Source: Asterias rubens (lineage: Eukaryota). Taken from it: a DNA stretch of 64,000 nt. A model generated the notes under the pieces. That model had not been told where the DNA came from. It worked only from the letters and a program-made list of their open reading frames with translations, and searched no databases. Positions 1 to 9,285 of this stretch are shown piece after piece; position 1 is the stretch's first letter; each line of letters starts with the position of its first letter. The position numbers and the translations under genes were made by a program. The stretch is taken from assembly GCF_902459465.1 (NCBI RefSeq), contig NC_047072.1, forward strand, positions 14,260,001 through 14,324,000, written 5' to 3'.

Positions 1-3000
1 GGAAACCGAGTTCTTGAGGCCGGAGTATGAGAAGGGCATGACCTTTACCCTCGAGGCCTCTGGCTGTACGACCAACCCGGTGAATGTATTCCTGGAGGGT
101 GAAATCAAAACTTAACAAATAAAATTTCAAGACCGTCAAAGATATATTATCTCTTTTTAAGTAATGAATTGTGGAAGCCATGAACCATCTTCAGGCTGAA
201 AAACGGTGTTACCTTTAGAAGAGGCCAGATTCCTGTAAGTGTATTTCTCAAACCTCAATTTGGTGCCAATGGCCACGTCAGTCCAATTTTAACATGTTTT
301 ACATGGTGTCCGAAACGGCGTCTTTGGCTACAGCTACAGCTAAATCAGCACGTATGTCAGTGTTGAAGAATAGGCAGACGCGCACGATCTAGCCGAAGCT
401 GTAGCCGAAGTCGCCATTATCGGACACAGCCTAAGATTGAATCGTAAATGAAGCAGCAGTTACACTGACCTTGGGGTCATCTGGAGGATCATATTGAACA
501 ATCCAATCAACCTCTGGGATGTCCAGACCCCTAGCAGCTACATCTGTACATAGCAGGATACCTTTATCTGCATTACAGAACTTGAAGAATGTCTGCGTTC
601 TCTTATTCTGCTTCTGTTTACCCTGTAAGCAAATAAAACATAACATTTGAATTGTCTAAACAATTTACTTAATTGGTTTGTTTAGGGAGGGAACAAGAAA
701 GGAATGTAAGCGGTAAAATATTTGTTTGATTTGGTTCTTGGTTTTGGCACATGTTTCCTTGAGCAGTTTTAACCATACTTGCTTCATCCTTTGGATGGAG
801 CATTTAGCCGTAGGTCTTGTGTGTGTGTAATGCATGTTAAAGAACCTAGTACACTTATCAATAAAAGAAGGGGTTCGCCCCGGCAGATTGTGCTGCAGCA
901 CCTGGTAAACCCTGAGAAGGTACTACATAAATAATTAAAGAGTGAAATTGATTGGCAGTATATAAAGGAGTAGGTTTCATGACTCAAACATAGTCCTGCA
1001 TCTCTTGCAGGAAAATACTGTATGCTAAAGCGCCTTGAGTGTCTCTGAGTGACAGATATGCGCACTATATAAGAAGCCGCTATAATAATTACTATCTTCA
1101 AGTACGCGCTTATCCTCCAATCAGATTCGCAGAATGGAGTGGTGATAAAAACCTATATTGCACGGCTAATATCACTACCATGCTTACTGTGTGTTCTATG
1201 TCACGCGCCAAATTTGCGCCTTCGGCCTCGTTGGATATAAGACGCAGAATCGCTATATTTTTCCGTATACTTATATTATTATTATTATTATTATTAAATA
1301 ACTCACATGGATTGCCATGACTGGTAGATCAATGTAATTCAACAGCTCACTGTGATACTTGACTGACATACAAGAAGAGAAGAACACCATCACCTTCTTG
1401 TTACGATTCTTCTTTAAGAATGTGAAGAGGAGAAGGAATCGTTTATCTGATGAACACACAACATAACCCTAAAATACAAAAATAAAAACACAATTAAAGG
1501 GTTAAGCACATGTGACTCATCAGAAGATGGATCAAGAGTAGGAAATTTCATTTAGTGTAGACAGAAAGGATCTGGGTGTATGTCTTTAATTAAGACACTC
1601 AGCATACCTTGTCACTCACAAGTTAAAATATTGTAAGTTACCCTGTGTCTGAATTAGTGGCTATAGGTTAAAGGTTACAGCAAGATTTCCATATCATCAT
1701 GCGCTTAAGTATAGTACACCTTTAGCAACAATCTTACACGTAGCTGTAGCAGCCAATTGAATTCGGATACGGCTCAAGCAACTGTACTCTGTACTTTCAA
1801 ATTTACAGTAAATTTGAAAAAAAACATTCAGGGTCCTAGCAAAGAAATGAATAATACTGGGTTCAAATTCCCATTAAAAAAACTACAAGAGTCTGACTGA
1901 CCTGTTCCAACCCATCCACGGTTGCTGCTAGTTTATTGTCATCAACACCAACATAAATTGGCTCTTTCTTGAGAGATATTCTTGCCAAGTCCTCCGTCTT
2001 TCTGGTCTGAGTTGCTGAAAAAAGCATGGTTTGACGTCTCTCTGGAAACAAAGGAGCGATAAATGCAACATTGAAACTGGTTCTCAGACATTGAGATACT
2101 TGGTTTTATTAAAAATCTTTCCTCTGTGATTGATGGTGTGAAGCCTTTATTGATGTAAACAATTTTGTGCTGAAAAAACTACACAATAAAATACAGATAT
2201 TTTTAACCCTGGAATCAGACTCTTCTGTTTCTGATCAGCAGAGTGTGGGTTTGACTCCCTCTCTTGACACTTGTGTCCTTAAAGCCATTGGACACTTTCG
2301 GTAAACAGTGTTGTCCAAAGGCCCACACTTCGTGTATCACAACTTATATATAAAACAACAAACCTGTGAAAATTTAGGCTCAATTGGTCATCGGAGTCGG
2401 GAGAAAATAACGGGAAAACCCACCCTTGTTTCCCCACGTTTCGCCGTGTCATGACATGTGTTTAAAATAAATCCGTAATTCTCGACAACGAGAATTGATA
2501 ATTGTTTTATTGTTTTCTCAAACAGTAAAGTATTCATGGAATAATATTTAAAGAGAAGTCTTTCACCATGACCTGCTGTAAACCCTGAAAGTTATTTGTA
2601 AATTTGTTTTGCTGTTCCGAAAGTGTATAATGGCTTTAAGCAAGACACTTGACCATTATTGCTTTCCCCTTCAGATGGGACGAAAAGCCATACCATGTGT
2701 AAAGAAAAGGTTTGGCCCTGTGTCTCTGCTGTAGTTGGCAGTAGATTGCACCACATCACCATGGCTCATCATAACAAGGTGCTATAGAAATGGTTCTTAT
2801 AACTCAAAAGAACTAAAAATACCTGTCTTAAACATAACAAGCACTTTTAGACACCCAAAGAAAACCTTTATAAGAAATGATTATTATTAATGTTATCATA
2901 ACAGGTTTTCTATCAAGGCAGGAAAAAACAAACATAAAATTGCCAATTAAAGCAGCACAACATCCTTATTGTGGGATTAACCAAATAACCTTTGAACTTA

Positions 3001-6000
3001 CTAGGGAGAAGTCGAATAATCTGCCTCATCTCTGGCTCAAATCCCACCTCAAGAATACGATCTGCCTCATCAATCACAAGACACTGTAGATTCTTATACA
3101 TGAACGACTCTGTGTTCTGAATTAGACAAATAGCACAAAGATGTTAAACAAAATCTTTACAACTAAATTCAATAAGGTTGGACTTGAACAAGGATTGTAT
3201 TTCTACAAAATCCCCACTAGGTTTGTAGTTCAGAACTTTCACTAGACATGAAATATCTTTAACAAGATCTAAAATGTTTTGTTTACATATTTGCTGAAAA
3301 ATTTGACTTAAAATTGAAAAGCTCAAGAATTCATTAAAAAATCTTCAAAAGTTTCTGTCCTGAACAAACATAAACTGCAAGAGCCATTCAGTATTGGGGA
3401 TACTGGCCAAGTTTTAAAATTACTGGACAATCCTCCAGTGGGCATTTGAAGCCCTTACATGTATTAACCATGTTCACTTTTCAAGTACAGTGAGCCGAGC
3501 TTATTGAACAATTTTGCAGCCTTCATTATAAGATTAGAAAAGAATAAATTGCACGAACCTTATTGGTCATGTGCGCAAACATTTTGATTGAATCATTTAG
3601 TCTGGGATGGTGACTGTAAGCACTAAATTTCATGTTGGGCAAGAGTGTACTACAAATGTAGTTTGCTAGTTATCGTATGATCGTTCTGATGAATTTACAA
3701 AAAGTTTTATCTGTTCTCACCTGTAAATGATCAAGAAGTCGCCCTGGTGTGGCAACCACAATGTTGACCCCCTTCGCTAGTTTCTTAGCCTCTGCCGTAC
3801 GACATGTTCCTCCCATCACAAGCCCAAAGGTGTGATAGTGATACTTAAGAGTCTCCCTCAAGACTCCATACGTCTGCATTGCCAGCTCTCTAGTTGGTGA
3901 CAGTATGATGACCCCGGTGCCTACAAATAATTAAGATCGGCAAACATTTGTTTTCTATTTCTCTGTTGTTCTTAACGGTGCCCGATTCAACTGAAGTCAT
4001 CACAACAATAGTCTTGGTTGTGTCATTTTGGATTTCATTTTCCGCATAATGTGTTACTTGTACATTGTACCTTTTAAAGGCAGTGGACACTATTGGTAAT
4101 TACTCAAAATAATTATTAGCATAAAACCTTTCTTGGTGACAAGTAATGGGGAGAGGTTGGTGGTATAAAACATTGTGAGAAACAGCTCCCTCTGAAGTGC
4201 CATAGTTTTGGAGAAAGAAGTAATTTTCCACGAATTTGATTTTGAAACCTCAAGTTTAGAACTTGAGGTCTCGAAATCAACCATCTAAATGCACACAACT
4301 TCGTGTGACAAGGGTGTTTTCTTCTTTCATTATTATCTTGCAACTTTGATGACCGATTGAGCTCAAATTTTCACTGGTTTACTTTGATGACCGATTGAGC
4401 TCAAATTTTCACTGGTTTGTTATTTAATGCATATGTTGAGATACACCAACTGTGAAGGGTAGTCTTTGACAATTACCAATAGTGTCCACTGCCTTTAAGC
4501 ACTGTTTATCCACTGCCTGGTGCAAAAATACCTCTCAGTATCAAACTTCTAAAGGTAGTTTTTACAATATTTTCCATTGATTATCAATAAAACGACATGA
4601 TGAGTAACAAATTCTGCACAAAATTCAAATACAAAACAAAAAGCTCACAAAATCTATTGCCCGATAAACTCAAAATGCACCATTCATAACATACCATTTC
4701 TGGGCATAAACTTCAGTTTGTAAATGAGCTCAATTGTAGGGATGAGGAATGCGAGTGTCTTGCCACTACCAGTCTTAGCAGCTGCCAGGAGATCCCTAAA
4801 AAAAGAGAAACACAAATGACTTCACAATCCATACTTTGATGTCTGTTGGCATGCTCAACACAAACCAAGGTGGTTGATCTCTAATGATATATGATTCAGA
4901 ACCTTCAAGTTTAACTCTCTCAAATAGAAAACACTTTTGAGGAGTTTTACATTTTGATGCTCCTGGTTACAAAGGCGCAAGAAACAACTTCTTTTATAAA
5001 ATACTGAAGAAGAATACTGTCCAACTCACCCCTGGTTCTTTTTATAGACCAACAATTTGACCGTAGGAGGTTATTACAATGGCTATCACCCACAACCTCT
5101 TTACATCCTATCTTATAAACCACGCAAAGCTTCAACTCTTATTTATCAAAATACTGCTGGCACATTTAATCACCCCATCTATTGGTTTCTGCTGTGTGTC
5201 ACACGATACGTCATATTTTACTAAGAAAAATACACAAACATGATGCATAATATACCCTTGGCAACCAATGTACTGTGACCATAGCAGCCAAGGTAATGTA
5301 CCTTAGCAACTGATATATAATACCCATAGCAACCAATGTGGTAAATATGTTTCCCAGTCTGTTAGTATTAACCTTTCTGTGTATAAAAAATTGATATGCA
5401 TCATGATGGCTTTACTCAACCTGGCTAAATTGGATAAATACTGTGAACAAATACGAGGAACTTACCTGCCATCTAGGAGATATGGAATGGCTTTATACTG
5501 TATCTCTGTCATATGTGTGAACCCCATATCCTTGATGGCGTTCAGAGTGGACTCTGATACCTTGCTTTCTAAGCAGTCAAAACTTGTGTCTGGCAGTACG
5601 ATGCTTGTACCTGGTACTGTGATGAAATAAAAACAAGTCAAATTTAATAACATTTTATGATCACTTGTAGTGTCAATAGTACAATAGCAAAGTCTGCAAT
5701 TTGATTCTAAGCACAAAATGTTTTTGAGGACTGATTTTGAATGTTGTTGGCATCTGTCAACATTTTCTGATGTAATACTATAAAATTGGCAATCAGGTTG
5801 GCTCATTTGTTTATTTCCCTGCCTTTCTTCTCCATGGACCCAGGTTCCAATCCCAACACGGTAGAGCTTCCCATGTGGATTAGGTTTTCAGTTCCTACAT
5901 GATTCAAGGGTTTTCCTTGGTGCAGTCCTCAGTCCAACACGATTCAGAAAATCAACACCCAAATTGTTGGACTATGTAACGATGGTGTGCCTGATCTTAT

Positions 6001-8471
6001 AACAATAATAATAATAATAATAAACGTATTTATAACGCGCCTTTTCCAAAGGATACAAAGCACCATTTATTTTTACTTCAAGGTGAGTGGGACGAAGATT
6101 TTGAAATTATGAGACCTAATCCTTAGCACACCATGTCATACAGCAGCTACAGCTAGGATCACCAGGGCGAACCCTTTCTCTTTTTGATAAGTGCATGCAC
6201 TGGGTTCTTTTACATGCCCTACACAACACATGGGACCAAAGGCTTTACGTCCCATCCCATCCAAAAGGCGAAGAAATGGTTAAGTGTCTTGCTTAAGGAC
6301 ACAAGTGTCACGACTGGGGATTCGAACCCACACTCTGCTGATCAGAAACACCAGAGTTTAAATTCGGTGCTCTTAACCACTCAGCCACGACACTTCAAAC
6401 TTATGTAAAGTATGATCAGTTTACTAGTTGAAGTCCTTAGTCCAACAGAATCAAACAAAACATGCTGTTGGATTTTGAATGGAAAGGAAACTTACATTGT
6501 ATTTCTGGTTTTGTTTGTTGATCGTTGGACACATCTTCCACATCCTTGTCATCTTCAGCATCCTCCTCCTCGTTATCTTCCTCAGGTTTTGTTCTCTTCT
6601 CATCAGAGCCCGCTTTGTCGTTTGTTTCATCTCCAGACTCATCTTCACCATCTGACTCAAACTCTAGCTCTGGCTCAAACTGCAGATCCGACTCGGCAAA
6701 CTCTGCCTGATCATCATCTTCATCTCTTAATGGTTTTTTAGCACTGGATGTCTTTGAGTTCTTCTTCTCTTTGTTCTTTTTTGTTGTGCCAGGTGTAGCC
6801 GTCTTTGAAGCCTCTCCCACATCTCTGCGTGATTTCTTCTGTATTTTAGCGTCTGTGTAAGAAACAGTTCATTGTTTTAGACAAAGTACACATTACTGAA
6901 CTAGACTTTCTGTCAATCTCTTAGCTTCTCTCTAAATACTCGGGCCCTTCATGCTTATTCAGGATGGATGGACTACCCGCTTTTCTTTAGAAACATCAAT
7001 AACTTAACACTTCATTTCAAGTTCCGTTTATGGCATAATACTAATAGGCTAGACTGTGGATGTCTAACTTTAAATAAAAATATATGCAGGGCACTTTTCT
7101 AAACTTACAAAAAGGTCCTCAGATTAAATACTTTAGCAATGATAAAAATGCAGCCATATTTACCAGGTGTTGAGATCACAGCATCAGTCTTCCTCTTGAG
7201 TTTTTTCTTCTGATTTCCCGTTCCATCTGTGCTGTTTAGAACTGGTGTTTGTTCCTTTGAATCTGTTAGATTCAAACAGAATTTGTTAGCCACTAATTAT
7301 TTCCATCTGTGCTGTTTAGAACTGGTGTTTGTTCCTTTGAACCTGTTAGATTCAAACAAAATTTGTTAACCACTAATTATTTCCATCTGTGCTGTTTAGA
7401 ACTGGTGTTTGTTCCTTTGAACCTGTTAGTAGATTCAAACAGAATTTGTTAACCACTAATTATTTCCATCTGTGCTGTTTAGAACTGGTGTTTGTTCCTT
7501 TGAATCTGTTAGATTCAAACAGAATTTGTTAACCACTAATTATTTAACTTTTTTTGGATTATTTAAGTAATAAACACCAACTTCTGCCTGGTCAAAGTAG
7601 TCATGTCCGTGATCAGGTGATGAAGTTTTCTAAGTATGAAATGTAATTAGCCCAGGTTGGACTCCTCCGTTGCATGCAACGCGACGGAGTCCAGGGTATA
7701 AAGGTCCCGTACCATTGCGAAAAAAATTCCAAAATATTTCTACCCAACTCAGGAATCTGAACTTTTACTCACATGTTCCTTGTAGTTGGAACTCCAAGAA
7801 GGCATTATTTAAAATAGTTGAATTTTCTCCTTTGGTGTTAATATTTTGTGAAAAGAAAATTAAAATTGACGTTTCCCATCCCCACTAACTTCCGTGTAAA
7901 CACTTTCTTGCACTGATCACTGGTTGCGCCATCAACTTGCGTCAACCACCCACTAAGCAGATGGATAATAGTCAGCGAGCAATTTACACAAAGCGGAGAG
8001 TTGACGGCAAGTCGGCGAGTTGACGGCAAGTAGTAGGACCGAGGGCGTCAGTGCAGTGGCACTGACTGACGTCCTACCAGGGCTAGAAATGTAATGGGGG
8101 TATTTCAAAGGTACGGTTCTAAAACCGTTGACGTTGTACAATTCATGCTCACAATTTCAATTTGTCCTCGGACATAACCATGTCAGTTACACTACATACA
8201 TAGAAAAATTGGGATCATGTGTACAAAATCCCATTAGAAATTTGTTGGTCTTCTTCAGGTTTTTTGTGCACGTGGAGTTCTCTTTTATTTTTAAAGCCTC
8301 AGCCTGATCTCGCAAAAAAAAAAGGCTTATAATATATTATTACACTAAATGTATTATACCTTCCCCAGCATCCATAGTCTGTGAAACGGAGGAAAGCGAC
8401 TTCTTCTTTCTCTTCGTTTTTTGTTGATTTCTGCTCCTATTCGGACTCACTTCCATCTGCGTTTCAGCCAT
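1..8471 (-). CDS. DDX18: DEAD-box RNA helicase DDX18/Has1 (spliced, 3' end beyond the window)
   Basis: Exons with GT-AG sites and consistent phase: 8360-8471, 7164-7262, 6496-6852, 5466-5616, 4695-4795, 3721-3920, 3002-3116, 1902-2041, 1307-1468, 470-622, <1-91. Motifs: Q-motif [104 protein letters not shown] is typical of DDX18/Has1. The N-terminus is long, acidic and lysine-rich. Confidence 0.95.
2200..2800 (+). mobile_element. tRNA-derived SINE copy interrupted by a MITE at its TTAA
   Basis: The head (tctgatcagcagagtgtgggtttgactcc...acacttgtgtcc) and the continuation (gcaagacacttgaccatt...gggacgaaaagcc) match the intact SINE at 6003-6394 once 2283-2639 is removed. Confidence 0.8.
2283..2635. 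mobile_element. Non-autonomous TTAA-flanked MITE (Kolobok-like, family 2)
   Basis: TTAA at 2279-2282 and 2636-2639. Imperfect TIR AGCCATTGGACACTTTCGG...CCGAAAGTGTATAATGGCT. It shares the internal motif acaaacctgtgaaaattt..gctcaattggtcatcg with family 1. Confidence 0.85.
4078..4494. mobile_element. Non-autonomous TTAA-flanked MITE (Kolobok-like, family 1)
   Basis: Perfect 24-bp TIR AGGCAGTGGACACTATTGGTAATT, with TTAA at 4074-4077 and 4495-4498 and an internal ~38-bp tandem duplication at 4343-4418. Several near-identical copies occur in the window. Confidence 0.9.
6003..6394 (-). mobile_element. Full-length tRNA-derived SINE with L2-like (ATT)n tail
   Basis: On the minus strand: A-box TGGCTGAGTGG (6377-6387), B-box GGTTCGAATCC (6318-6328), central acacttgtgtccttaagcaagacactt, and 3' end ...aggcgcgttataaatacgtttattattattatt. 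Homologous copies occur elsewhere in the window. Confidence 0.85.
7221..7543. repeat. Four-copy ~80-bp tandem repeat spanning the DDX18 intron1/exon2 junction
   Basis: Units start at 7221, 7301, 7381 and 7464 (the third unit is 83 bp). Each unit contains the acceptor ...aatctaacag plus the first ~42 nt of exon 2. Confidence 0.95.
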
Positions 8472-8914
8472 TTTTTAAGTCTGGCTTCTCTAGTCAATGT
8501 CATTCGAATATACACGTTTCATACGGGGCACACGACCAATAAACACGTGCGTTTCTATTTCATGTATTTGGCAATCGCATTTAATTACTAGCTTAACCCC
8601 ATGGTTGAGGCTAAAATCTACTTGCATTTTGCGCTAATATGGATGGGGGCTCGACAAAACATTAGCAAAGTCGAGGTTGATAGGAAGCGACCAACAATTA
8701 AATTTAGGGTTTTTCTAACAGGGAAAAAACACAAGACAAGTTAATACAATAGATTTACAAGTGAATAAATTTATAACAAAATTTATTTAATAAAACATAT
8801 TGTGTAGGTTTTTATGGTCATAAAGAACATTTTGTATATATAATTACGAATTTTATTTAGGATGTACCCCGTACAGCTAATGGTATCACCTGCATCGCGT
8901 TCATGAACAACAGA

Positions 8915-8959
8915 GGGCGGTTCAGAATAATAAATCAATTAAAGAGGGCGGTATATAAG
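8915..8959 (+). promoter_or_regulatory. Candidate GST core promoter (GC boxes and TATA) within the DDX18/GST divergent interval
   Basis: GGGCGG at 8915-8920 and 8946-8951, and TATATAAG at 8952-8959, about 330 bp upstream of the GST ATG. Confidence 0.45.
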
Positions 8960-9285
8960 AGGACCGTTAAAAAATTAGAGTATCACATGTGCTGCAGCTG
9001 GTGGGGGGTATGGTGAATATCTGGGGATTATGTGGGTACAACTTTTAGGTTGTTCCGGATCACCTACACCTACCTGCGTCTGATGATTGTGTGCTGACTC
9101 TCTGCTGAACGTTCTGGTGATACAGTCCGAGGCTTCGCTTCAAACACACACTTTGCATAAGAGGATTAAATTATTTCTTACATTTATCTGCTAGCTGGCG
9201 TGGTAGGTGTGGGAACACAGTTAGTTGCAGCAGAATTACTGAACGAACCAGGCACACCCAGAATTCCAGAAAGTTTTTGCAAGTC

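Noticed and set aside
1039-1320. 93-aa plus-strand ORF inside a DDX18 intron
   Set aside because: It has no recognisable homology and ends in an (ATT)n microsatellite. The CpG-richer segment is probably a repeat fragment that I could not delimit.
4090-4343. Recurrent ORFs [20 protein letters not shown]... and [19 protein letters not shown]... (also 13861-14222, 43228-43538)
   Set aside because: They lie inside copies of the same non-coding MITE and have no transposase motifs. The recurrence reflects DNA repeat identity, not a gene family.
6318-6394. tRNA-like sequence with A and B boxes
   Set aside because: There is no proper cloverleaf or acceptor stem, and it runs into a SINE body. It is treated as a SINE head, not a tRNA gene.
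6412-6741. Plus-strand ORFs opposite DDX18 exon 3 (also 5379-5630, 50404-50655, 49791-50012, 62577-62786 and similar)
   Set aside because: These are antisense shadows of real coding exons.
431-8359. Intronic snoRNAs in DDX18 (also looked for in EIF2S3)
   Set aside because: No convincing C/D or H/ACA box pair with terminal stem was found by eye. This needs snoscan/Infernal, so absence is not established.
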